Positions 39,301 to 52,237 of a stretch of 64,000 nt of DNA are shown piece by piece. Source of the DNA: Eledone cirrhosa. Its lineage: Eukaryota. The notes below the pieces were generated by a model that had not been told where the DNA came from, did not search any database, and was given only the letters and a program-made list of their open reading frames with translations. Location: NCBI GenBank assembly GCA_964016885.1, contig OZ024741.1, forward strand, positions 161,076,001 through 161,140,000, read 5' to 3'. Every line of letters begins with the position of its first letter. The stretch's first letter is position 1. A program made the translations under genes and the position numbers.

Positions 39301-39537
39301 TACCCATCTGCCAGATAGTTGAACGTTCGAAAGTATATACTTTCCTTATGAAAATTAACGGCTGAGCAGCCTAATTTGCATATTGAGTGAGTTAAATCGG
39401 TCAGGCATACCGAAAACGATAAATTGAAACAAAATGAAAACGAAATTTCATTTCTCACTCTTAGTATGGCACTTACTTAAATGTAAGTATGCATGTATAC
39501 GTACATACATATATGTATACAGACGTACAGTAGCATG

Positions 39538-39571
<34 letters not shown>

Positions 39572-39941
39572 TACATACATATGCATACAGGTACACATAC
39601 ATATATGCACGTATCAGTTTAGCGCCGCTAAACTGATACGTGCATATATGTATGTGTACCTGTATGCATATGTATGTATATATGTATATATATATATATA
39701 TGTGCATGCTACTCTACGTCTGTATACATATATGTATGTACGTATACATGCATACTTACATTTAAGTAAGTGCCATACTAAGAGTGAGAAATGAAATTTC
39801 GTTTTCATTTTGTTTCAATTTATCGTTTTCGGTATGCCTGACCGATTTAACTCACTCAATATGCAAATTAGGCTGCTCAGCCGTTAATTTTCATAAGGAA
39901 AGTATATACTTTCGAACGTTCAACTATCTGGCAGATGGGTA

Positions 39942-39986
39942 AACGGTGCTGATGATAGCTAACAAGCTTGAAACTAGTACATCGTT
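39942..39986 (+). ncRNA. Hammerhead ribozyme (family A); predicted cleavage after 39979
   Basis: aacggtg-CTGATGA-t-agct-aaca-agct-t-GAAA-ctag-TA-catcgtt. Confidence 0.88.
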
Positions 39987-40409
39987 CCTGTGTCAGTGTT
40001 GAACAAAAAGGTGACGTGGTTGCCTTAACACCGTATGGCATAAATTCAGGCTGTTCAGTTTGTTTACAAACGAACAAAGCGACGTTAGCGCCGCTAAACT
40101 GATACGTGCATATATGTATGTGTACCTGTATGCATATGTATGTATATATGTATATATATATATATATATGTGCATGCTACTGTACGTCTGTATACATATA
40201 TGTATGTACGTATACATGCATACTTACATTTAAGTAAGTGCCATACTAAGAGTGAGAAATGAAATTTCGTTTTCATTTTGTTTCAATTTATCGTTTTCGG
40301 TATGCCTGACCGATTTAACTCACTCAATATGCAAATTAGGCTGCTCAGCCGTTAATTTTCATAAGGAAAGTATATACTTTCGAACGTTCAACTATCTGGC
40401 AGATGGGTA

Positions 40410-40454
40410 AACGGTGCTGATGATAGCTAACAAGCTTGAAACTAGTACATCGTT
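40410..40454 (+). ncRNA. Hammerhead ribozyme (family A); predicted cleavage after 40447
   Basis: Identical to 39942-39986. Confidence 0.88.
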
Positions 40455-40698
40455 CCTGTGTCAGTGTTGAACAAAAAGGTGTCGTGGTTGCCTTAACACC
40501 GTATGGCATAAATTCAGGCTGTTCAGTTTGTTTACAAACGAACAAAGCGACGTTAGCGCCGCTAAACTGATACGTGCATATATGTATGTGTACCTGTATG
40601 CATATGTATGTATATATGTATATATATATATATATATGTGCATGCTACTGTACGTCTGTATACATATATGTATGTACGTATACATGCATACTTACATT

Positions 40699-42857
<2,159 letters not shown>

Positions 42858-43069
42858 CGTTTCTGAATTTGTTTAGCAAGATTCTTTATCTGAAATCGTG
42901 TGTTGAAACCGATATTGTTATACTTTGGGAGGGTCATGTTGCCAATAAGAAACACACGCACCAGTTGCTTTCACTTCAATTTATTATATATTTATAAATT
43001 TACAAATCTACAAACTTATAAATTTCTGGTTGGTTGGTTGGTTCCACAACCAGATAGTTGTTTATATAT

Positions 43070-43114
43070 AGTCATAGTCCTTTCGTCACACACTCTGTGA
43101 CCTCTTCAGTGACT
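43070..43114 (-). ncRNA. Hammerhead ribozyme in the left arm of PLE-2
   Basis: Reverse complement of 47524-47568. Confidence 0.8.
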
Positions 43115-44020
43115 GGGGATTCCTTTCTTTGTTTCTGTGCCTTTCCTTTCTTCTATCCTACGCCATTTTGTTTCTGTGTGTGTGTTGTGTGCTCAGTTTG
43201 CGCATGCGCCACATCCGGGTGTCTGTGTGCGTTTGTGTTCATTTATCTATTTGTTTATTTATTTATTTATTTATTGTTGGTTGGTTGTTTGTTCTATGTG
43301 TGTGTGTGTTTTCATTTTGTCCTGTGTGTGTTTTCATTTTGTCCTTAATTGTAAGTTGTTTGTTCTATGTGTGTGTGTGTTTTCATTTTGTCCTGTGTGT
43401 GTTTTCATTTTGTCCTTAATTGTAAGTTGTGATGTTGCTGTTCCACTCATATTTTCTATTTAATTTTGGTTGTAATTCTTTTATGCTTACTGCCTCTGTA
43501 ATTTGCCTAAACATTGCATCTTTTCTGTGTGTGGATTCTATTTTTATTTCTATGTTCTCTAATCTACCCCTGTGTTCTATTTTAGCAAGATACTGAAAAC
43601 TACCATGTTCTGTTGTCTACGAAAAACCATAACATCTCGACAACTACATTTCATAAAGCTGTGCGCCACTTCCAGAATCTACACCAACACCATCAATACC
43701 GACGTTAGAAGATTACAACTCACCAAAAACAAGCAGATAGGCTAAAACGAACTTTAATTCTAAACATAAAAAAGAAGATCTATAGAGAATTAAGTCATCA
43801 AGAAAAACAAAAGCGTAACCTAATACAAGAAATAGCTAAAATCACCACACCAACAGAAAAACTAATATTTATAAGCCTTATACGCCCCGAAGAACAGTAC
43901 ATTACTCAAGAATGTGATAAGCACTTTAACAGGAAACTAAAGTGGCTTAAACAGGCAAAGCTAAATCAGGATACTATAGAGTATACCAATAGATATCCCG
44001 ACAAAATTGACGGTATCAAC

Positions 44021-47000
44021 ATGGCCGACACCTCATTATCAGAAGAGTTCAACAACAAAAATACCAACATTTATGGGAACACGGAAATAGATAATAATGA
44101 GATGTCTGTGTTATGTCTGCCGCCCAAATTTGCGACATTCAAGAAGGTAAATATGATTAGGTGTCTGTCAGAAATAGAAAAATCATTTACAAAACTACGC
44201 TGGAGCATCAAAAACAAAAGCAACAATATACGCACACACATATACAACACACATCCCAACAACAACAGACACACAGACACAAACAACAATAACAACAACA
44301 CACACATCAACAACAACAACAATAGCAACATACCCAGATACAACAACAACAGACACGCAGACACAAACAACAACAACGATAACACACACGGAGACAACAA
44401 CAACACACATCAACAACAGCACACATCAACAACAACAACACACACGCATTCAATGCCTCTCACCACCACCACAATCTTAACAAACACACAGACACAGAAA
44501 ACAAGTAATGACAGTAGCGCAGAAATCAGAGAAATAAGGGAAAGTAATAGGATTAAAAGGAAAAGGAGATGGGAGACTAAGGACAAAGAGAATAACCAAG
44601 ACGAACACACAGACACACAAAATAGGGTAGATAACAACATTGAGCCAATGGAAAGAGACAGGAGTAATTATGAGAGACATAGAAACAACCATGAGGCTGT
44701 TGGTGGAAATAGAAATAGAAACAACACAACTAACAATAACAATAGCACTAGTACACATAAAGCAGCAGCCTGGAACTCTCCGTTTTATAATCCCTCCGAT
44801 AAATCATTCGACCTGCGACGAGTCCACGCCACGACTTTACCATTTAACAAACGCACGCAGTTGCCGTCGCAGGTCGATGAACAAACAGAAGCACAATTTA
44901 GTATAGCTAAATCCGAACTTAGAAATATTATAGAACAGTATAGCAAGAAGCATAATAGAATAGAGGCCCAGCAACTGGGAGAAAAATCTGCAAATGGCTT
45001 GCGTAAGCTCATGCAGCGCTCGCGTAATGGAGAGATAGCATGTTTTCCAACAGACAAGTCTGGCAGAATGTCGGTTGACAGCCTGCCAAACTACATCCAG
45101 GCAATGCAACCCCACATCACTAACACAAGAGAGGTAACACCACAGGAGCATGAGGATAGAGAAAAAGCCCTCAATGCCCATATGGTGATGTGGACGAATA
45201 TAATGCAGCCCAACAAAAGGACTGCCAACAACTTCCAGGCCTGGAACAATGACGTGCCGGCGTTGTATGGGCTTCGAAAAGACCATAAAACGGGCTGGGA
45301 CCCTGTCGCGGGACCACCAACACGGCCAGTCTGTGGAGCTAACATTGCTAGTAACTACAGACTGTCCTACTTCCTCTCCCTGATCATACGCCCCATCATT
45401 GAGATGTCCCCAGATGTATGTGACAGCACGGAGGACCTCCTCAGCAGAATCGGCGCGGGTAACCGATCTGGGGACCTAAAAAACTGCATAATAGGCAGTA
45501 TGGATGTTGTGTCCCTGTATCCATCTATTGACGTGGATTTTGCTGTGGAGAAATGCGTAGAAATGATCAGCGAGAGCAAGGTTGAGTTCCGTGGGATTGA
45601 TACCAGTGAGCTGGGACTTCTACTTAAGCTTACCCATAGTAATAGTTACCTAGACACTTATGACCTTAGCAACCTGTGCCCTACAAGACCAGCAAGAGGC
45701 AGACCACCTACCATTACCTCAATGGCCAAGAAAACCCACACAGATAGATGGAACGGGTGGACCAGAGCCATACGGACACCCGAAAACCACGATGAACTGA
45801 AGAAAATGATTGCACATGCGGTAGGGGCCAGCATAAAATTAACCCTTAAGGAACATATGTTCAAATTTAATGGTAAAACATATGCCCAAGAGGAAGGAGC
45901 AGCCATTGGTATTAGCATTGCAGGCGACATAGCTAACTTATTCATGGTATGGTGGGACAGTAGACTTAAACAAAAACTTAAAGAACAATTAGAAGACAGC
46001 TTAACCCTGATTATGTACTCCCGCTACGTAGATGATATAAACATCGTAGTTAAGACACCCCCACTAAAGAACAGTCAGGAACTAGAGAAAAACACAATGG
46101 AAAGCATCCAGCAAATAGCAAACTCCATCCACCAGAGCATTAGAGTTACTATAGACTACCCAAGTAGACACCCCAACCATCGATTACCTGTACTAGACAC
46201 AGAGCTCTGGTTAGATACCATTAACAACCAAAATCAAATCCTCCATTCCCATTATGCCAAACCCATGACTTCCAAACATCTGATCCACCGAAACTCGGCT
46301 ATTTCGGACCATACCAAAATCAACATACTAATTGCGGATTTGGTACGGGTGATGAGAAATGTGTCCCGCATGTGCAACCCCGAAGAACTAGAGAGACACA
46401 TACAACACTTCATCCACCGTATGCAGTTCTCTGGCTACAATCAGAGAGATAGAATCAGAGTGTATAGAGGAGCCAGAACCAAATGGGAAAAAATGGTAAA
46501 TAATGACATAAATGGGACCTGCCCCTTGTATAGGAGCAAATTTTGGAATAGAATAGAAAGAACTAGGAACAAGGCCAATAGAATAAACTCATGGTATGAT
46601 AGCAATAAATACCAGAGTGTAATGTTCATCAATACAACCCCTAGAGGCGAACTAGCCTACAAATTTAGAAGGGCCCTAAATAAACATAAACTCAATATTA
46701 AGATAGTAGAAAGACCAGGTACCTCCGTAAAAACACTTATTAGCAAGACATACCCGTTCCAAAGACCCTCATGTATAGATAAGAAATGTATAACCTGTAA
46801 AATAAGCCCCCATATTAACTGTAAAACTAGAAATGTAGTGTATAGCATAAGATGTACTGAAGGACAATGTAGAAACAAAAATATAGTGTACATAGGTGAG
46901 ACAGCTGGTAGTATAGGGGAACGAATAAATGAACACTGGCGAGACCTTCAAGATAATAAAGAATCATCTGTGCTCTACCAACATGCTACGATAGAACACA

Positions 47001-47155
47001 GGGGTAGATTAGAGAACATAGAAATAAAAATAGAATCCACACACAGAAAAGATGCAATGTTTAGGCAAATTACAGAGGCAGTAAGCATAAAAGAATTACA
47101 ACCAAAATTAAATAGAAAATATGAGTGGAACAGCAACATCACAACTTACAATTAA
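44021..47155 (+). CDS. PLE-2 reverse transcriptase plus C-terminal GIY-YIG endonuclease (at least 1044 aa)
   Basis: TDKSG, GLRKDHK, TRPVC, SMDVVSLYPSI, QEEGAAIG, RYVDDI, LPVLD, Cys linker, VYSIRC...YIGET...RINEH, LNRKYE. The frame stays open upstream to about 43730, and to about 43605 across one poly-A frameshift. Confidence 0.93.
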   Translation: MADTSLSEEFNNKNTNIYGNTEIDNNEMSVLCLPPKFATFKKVNMIRCLSEIEKSFTKLRWSIKNKSNNIRTHIYNTHPNNNRHTDTNNNNNNTHINNNNNSNIPRYNNNRHADTNNNNDNTHGDNNNTHQQQHTSTTTTHTHSMPLTTTTILTNTQTQKTSNDSSAEIREIRESNRIKRKRRWETKDKENNQDEHTDTQNRVDNNIEPMERDRSNYERHRNNHEAVGGNRNRNNTTNNNNSTSTHKAAAWNSPFYNPSDKSFDLRRVHATTLPFNKRTQLPSQVDEQTEAQFSIAKSELRNIIEQYSKKHNRIEAQQLGEKSANGLRKLMQRSRNGEIACFPTDKSGRMSVDSLPNYIQAMQPHITNTREVTPQEHEDREKALNAHMVMWTNIMQPNKRTANNFQAWNNDVPALYGLRKDHKTGWDPVAGPPTRPVCGANIASNYRLSYFLSLIIRPIIEMSPDVCDSTEDLLSRIGAGNRSGDLKNCIIGSMDVVSLYPSIDVDFAVEKCVEMISESKVEFRGIDTSELGLLLKLTHSNSYLDTYDLSNLCPTRPARGRPPTITSMAKKTHTDRWNGWTRAIRTPENHDELKKMIAHAVGASIKLTLKEHMFKFNGKTYAQEEGAAIGISIAGDIANLFMVWWDSRLKQKLKEQLEDSLTLIMYSRYVDDINIVVKTPPLKNSQELEKNTMESIQQIANSIHQSIRVTIDYPSRHPNHRLPVLDTELWLDTINNQNQILHSHYAKPMTSKHLIHRNSAISDHTKINILIADLVRVMRNVSRMCNPEELERHIQHFIHRMQFSGYNQRDRIRVYRGARTKWEKMVNNDINGTCPLYRSKFWNRIERTRNKANRINSWYDSNKYQSVMFINTTPRGELAYKFRRALNKHKLNIKIVERPGTSVKTLISKTYPFQRPSCIDKKCITCKISPHINCKTRNVVYSIRCTEGQCRNKNIVYIGETAGSIGERINEHWRDLQDNKESSVLYQHATIEHRGRLENIEIKIESTHRKDAMFRQITEAVSIKELQPKLNRKYEWNSNITTYN

Positions 47156-47352
47156 GGACAAAATGAAAACACACACAGGACAAAATGAAAACACACACAT
47201 AGAACAAACAACTTACAATTAAGGACAAAATGAAAACACACACAGGACAAAATGAAAACACACACACACATAGAACAAACAACTTACAATTAAGGACAAA
47301 ATGAAAACACACACAGGACAAAATGAAAACACACACACACATAGAACAAACA
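47144..47352 (+). repeat. About 70-bp tandem repeat in the PLE-2 3' UTR (3 copies; 2 copies in the left arm)
   Basis: acttacaattaaggacaaaatgaaaacacacacagg... repeated. Confidence 0.9.
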
Positions 47353-47523
47353 ACCAACCAACAATAAATAAATAAATAAATAAACAAATAGATAAATGAA
47401 CACAAACACACACAGACACCCGGATGTGGCGCATGCGCAAACTGAGCACACAACACACACACAGAAACAAAATGGCGTAGGATAGAAGAAAGGAAAGGCA
47501 CAGAAACAAAGAAAGGAATCCCC

Positions 47524-47568
47524 AGTCACTGAAGAGGTCACAGAGTGTGTGACGAAAGGACTATGACT
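47524..47568 (+). ncRNA. Minimal type I hammerhead ribozyme in the 3' repeat of PLE-2
   Basis: agtca-CTGAAGA-g-gtcac-agagtgt-gtgac-GAAA-ggac-TA-tgact. Confidence 0.8.
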
Positions 47569-47797
47569 ATATATAAACAACTATCTGGTTGTGGAACCAA
47601 CCAACCAACCAGAAATTTATAAGTTTGTAGATTTGTAAATTTATAAATTTATAAATATATAATAAATTGAAGTGAAAGCAACTGGTGCGTGTGTTTCTTA
47701 TTGGCAACATGGCCCTCCCAAAGTATAACAATATATTTATATATATATATATTTATATATATATATATTTATATATATATATATTTATATATATATA

Positions 47798-47913
47798 GTT
47801 GAAATAAAAGGAAAACGAAATTTCGTTTCTCACTCTTAGTACGGCACTTACTTAAATGTAAGTATGTGTGTATACGTACATACATATATGTACACAGACG
47901 TACAGTAGCATGC

Positions 47914-47986
<73 letters not shown>

Positions 47987-48268
47987 TACATATACATACA
48001 GGTACACATACATATATGCACGTATCAGTTTAGCGGACGCTTATTATAACGCCGCTTTGTTCGTTTGTAAACAAACTGAACAGCCTGATTTTTATGCCGT
48101 ACGGTGTTAAGGCGTTATAATAAGCGTCCGCTAAACTGATATGTGCATATATGTATGTGTACCTGTATGTATATGTATATATGTATATATATATATATGT
48201 ATGTATATATGCATGCTACTGTACGTCTGTATACATATATGTATGTACGTATACACACATACTTACAT
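47798..48268. mobile_element. Retrozyme-like family A, locus 3: truncated inverted insertion lacking the HHR segment
   Basis: Homologous to the 468-bp unit; inversion junction at about 48111; flanked by (TA)n. Confidence 0.8.
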
Positions 48269-48327
48269 ATATATATATATATTTATGTATATATATATTT
48301 ATATATATATATTTATATATATATATT

Positions 48328-48365
<38 letters not shown>

Positions 48366-48492
48366 TATATATATATATATTTATATATATATATATTTAT
48401 ATATATATATATTTATATATATATATATTTATATAAGGAGGACAAGATAGACATAATTGAAATGCCTTTTTATGTCTACTTTATTCGATGAA

Positions 48493-48847
48493 GGCACATG
48501 GTATAGTGGTTGGTATGTTGGACTCAGGGTTGTAAGGTCGTGAGATTGATTCCTGGACCTGGTGGCGTGTTGAATCCTTGGACATGACACTCCATTTCAC
48601 ATTGCTCAAGTACACTCAGCTGGCAAAAGTGGGTTGTGTCTGTAATTCAAGGGGCCAGTCTTGTCATATTATATTATGCTGAATCTCACTGAAAAGGGAC
48701 ATTCAGAACATCTGTGCATTGCTCAGCCACTAACATTTTAATTTCGCAAGCAGGAAATTGATTGAATCATCTGGAACACTCATTGTTGGAAATGAAGGAG
48801 GTCCAACAACAACTTTATTAGAGGTGACTTGGGGCTAAACAACAACA
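48493..48847 (+). mobile_element. Decayed tRNA-derived SINE
   Basis: A-box-like tggtatagtgg, B-box-like gagattgattcc, (AAC)n tail. Confidence 0.6.
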
Positions 48848-48935
48848 AAGCATGTTATTCCATTGTGCCCCCTCTTCTTAAAATACATTATACATATCCC
48901 CCATAGTACATTTAAGGGGATGAATAATTTATTAA

Positions 48936-51900
48936 CTCTTAACATCCTGTAATGATTTAGCAGAAAATATCCAAAATCTGCTTTGTTAATTCAAAAGTTT
49001 ATAGTATCTTTAATAGTGGACAGATCATTGTGAAAATTTGCAGTATTAGACAAAAGACTTTGATTTTTAATGTGATGCAACCATAGTGCTATTTTTGTGC
49101 TTTTCAAGAATATCTTGCTCATGTGGTTTGTTAATAGTATCTTTACTGGTGGATAGATTATTGTGAACATACACATACATATATATATATATATACACAT
49201 ACATATATATACACACATCCCGACAACCACTTGATCACCTATAGATCAGGGGAGCATTCTAGTTAGATAGATTTTATCCTCATCAGAGGACGTGAGAGAT
49301 GGACAGTCGTAAACACAAAAGCCTTCCCTAGTGAAGAATGTACCTCCCAACATAGCTTAGTTGTCAGCGACCTCACGGTCAGAACTAGACGAACCTGGAA
49401 ACAGAGGCCAACTTGGAGAAGAAAGATCTGGAAGCTGAAAGATCCCTCAGTCAGTAACAGATTTAAAGATATTTTACTCAACGCCTACAACAGTAAAGAA
49501 GAACAGATAGAGACATTCAATGTAGAAAAGCACTGGGAGTTCCTAAAAAATAACTTACTAGAGGCGCCGGATGAGATCTGTGGCTGGAGTAAGACCACAG
49601 GTAGGAGGAGAGTGACTTGGTGGTGGAACAATAAGCTAGATGAGGCAGTTAAGGCCAAGAGAGAGGCATGGAAAAAATGGAAGAACAGGAGAAGCAGGGT
49701 ACATTACATAGACACCAGGAGGGAAGCTAGGCGACAAGTATACTTAGCTAGGAGGGAAGCAGAGGATAGAAAATTCAAGCATGTTTTGCAACGTGAGGAC
49801 CAGAAACAGGAGGTGTTCAAGATTGCGAGGCAGTGTATCAGAGAGAATTGTGATGTCATTTGCGAGAAGTGTATCCGGAATGATAAAGGTGAGCTTGCCC
49901 TCACAAGTGCTGAGAAGAAAGATGCATGGAAGAGCCATTATGATAGATTACTAAACGAGGAGAATGCATGGGAAGAAGAGACCCTACCCCAAGTAGACCC
50001 TATAGAGGGGCCGGCAGTACAAGTCAGCAGCAGCGTAGTAAGTAAGGCAATCAAAGATATGAAGACGGGGAAGGCAACCGGTCCATCGGGTATAGCTGCC
50101 AAGATGCTGAAGGCATCTGGGTCGGTAGGTCACACTATAACCACACGTATTGTTAACCCGGTAATACTAGAAGGAATATACCAAAGGATTGGTGCAGTAG
50201 CATCATTGTCAACTGCTACAAAGGTAAAGGTGATGCACTAGATAGAGGAAACTATAGAGGTATAAAGCTGATGGACCAGGTCATGAAAGTAACAGAAAGA
50301 GTTATAGCACAGTTGATTAAGGACCGGGTGAAACTAGATGAGATGCAATTTGGGTTTGTACCAGGAAGACGCACCACTGATGCCCTCTTCCTTGTGAGGC
50401 AGTTACAGGAAAAGTACGCAGCTAAAAGTAAGCCACTCTACCTGGCATTCGTCGATCTCGAGAAAGCCTTTGACAGAGTTCCCCATGCTATAATCTGGTG
50501 GGCTCTTAGAAAACTAGGAGTAGATGAATGGCTTGTGAAAGCTGTACAAGCCATGTATAGGGGAGCAGTCAGCAAAGTTAGGATTAGCAATGAGTATAGC
50601 GAGGAATTTAGCGTACAGGTCGGTGTCCACCAGGGCTCTGTTCTTAGCCCTCTCCTGTTCATCATAGTCATGCAGGCAATAACGGAGGAGTTTAAGACCG
50701 GATGCCCATGGGAACTCCTGTATGCTGATGACCTCGCACTCATAGCTGAATCTATGGTAGAACTAGAGAATAAATTCCAAACCTGGAAGCAGGGACTAGA
50801 GAGAAAGGGTCTCAAAGTCAACATGACCAAGACTAAGGTCCTTGTAAGTAGACGAGAAAACAGAACCCAGATCCCCTCGGGGAAATGGCCTTGCTCAGTA
50901 TGTAGGAAAGGTGTAGGTAGGAACTCGATTCTCTGCCCCAAATGCAAACAATGGGTACACAAGAGATGTAGCGGGATGTCAGAAGCTTAAATAAGAATGT
51001 AGGCTTCACATGTAGCAGCTGTGCTGGGACAGCAAGCAGCCACAGGAAACAAGTACCACCAATCTCCGGGAGGGCTCTGTAGAAACAGTAGACAGCTTCT
51101 GCTACCTAGGTGACTGAACTAACAGCGGAGGTGGGTGTTCATAAAGTACAATAACTAGGGTAAGAACGGGATGGAAGAAGTTCAAGGAGCTACTGCCACT
51201 GCTAGCTGCAAAAGGCTTTTCCCTCAAAATGAAAGTCAGACTGTATGATGCATGCATACGAACAGCAATGTTATATGGTAGTGAGACCTGGGCGCTGAAT
51301 GTGGAAGACTTGCGTAGATTAGAAAGAAACGAAGCCTGCATGCTCCGATGAATGTGTAAAAAGGGACATTCAGAACATCTGTGCATTGCTCAGCCACTAA
51401 CATTTTAATTTCACAAGCAGGAAATTGATTGAATCATCTGGAGCACTCATTGTTGGAAATGAAGGAGGTCCAACAACAACTTTATTAGAGATGACTTGGG
51501 GCTAAACAACAACGAACGGCAAAGCATAAATGAATTGAGAGAGAGACTGAGCATAAGAGGAATCAAATGCTGTGTGCAGGAGAGGCGGTTGCGTTGGTAT
51601 GGACATGTGATGCGTATGAAGGATGACAGCTGCATAAAAAGGTGCAGAGCACTAGAAGTCGATAGAAACCGCGGAGTGGGGAGACCCAAGACGACCTGGG
51701 ATGAGGTGATAAAAGCCGACTTTACCCAATTACACCTCTCAAAGGTGATGACACACGACCGTGACCTCTGGCGTCACGCAGTAATACAGAATACCCGACC
51801 CCCACGGGTACAAGCCGAAGCTGAAGCATATAGACAATATGCCCCCCACACCCTCCCACTGCAAAGTGGTCGTGGAGGTGCCACGGCAAAAAAGCACCCA

Positions 51901-52237
51901 GCCCACACTGTAAAGTGGACGTGTAGGCGCCACGGCAAAAAAGCACCCAGCAGTCACTGTAAATGAGGTTGGTGTTAGGAAGGGCATCCAGCTGTAGAAA
52001 TCAAGCTAGAATCAGTTCCCGTATGAGCAAAACAAGGTCAGCCGACCGGACACTGCCCACAACAGGACAACCTGTCTAACCCATGCTAGCCTAGAAGAAC
52101 GGACGTAAAACGGTGATGATGATGAGTTGTAGTAAATTAAAGACTTTAATTTTACATGTAATGCAGCTACAGTGTTATTTCGTACTTTGAAAGAATGTCT
52201 TGCTTATGTGGTTTCATGTAGTACAGGATGTTAAGAG
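48936..52237. mobile_element. TTAA-flanked MITE split by the RTE insertion
   Basis: ttaa|ctcttaacatcctgta ... tacaggatgttaagag|ttaa: perfect 16-bp TIRs plus TTAA on both sides. Confidence 0.75.
49215..52125 (+). mobile_element. 5'-truncated RTE LINE with stops and frameshifts
   Basis: TWWWN, FVDLEKAFDRVP, GVHQGSVLSP, YADDL, PHD-like CSVC...HKRC, RRLRWYGHV, GRPKTTW, (GAT)n tail. Confidence 0.92.

Larger units (their letters stand above)
38957..40698. mobile_element. Retrozyme-like family A, locus 2: about 1.4 units on the minus strand plus about 2.3 units on the plus strand of a 468-bp repeat, inversion centre at 39625
   Basis: Near-identical units; HHR cores at 39949 and 40417 are exactly 468 bp apart; both outer ends lie in (TA)n. 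Confidence 0.88.
42911..47734 (+). mobile_element. Penelope-like element PLE-2, near full length, with an inverted 3' repeat (42911-43580 vs 46991-47734)
   Basis: Near-identical inverted arms flank a long RT-GIY-YIG ORF; both ends lie at or near (TA)n. Confidence 0.93.

Noticed and set aside
38966-40685. Repeated 60-74 aa ORFs in the 468-bp unit
   Set aside because: They are antisense to the ribozyme strand, partly microsatellite-derived and have no recognisable motif; the repetition just reflects the tandem units.
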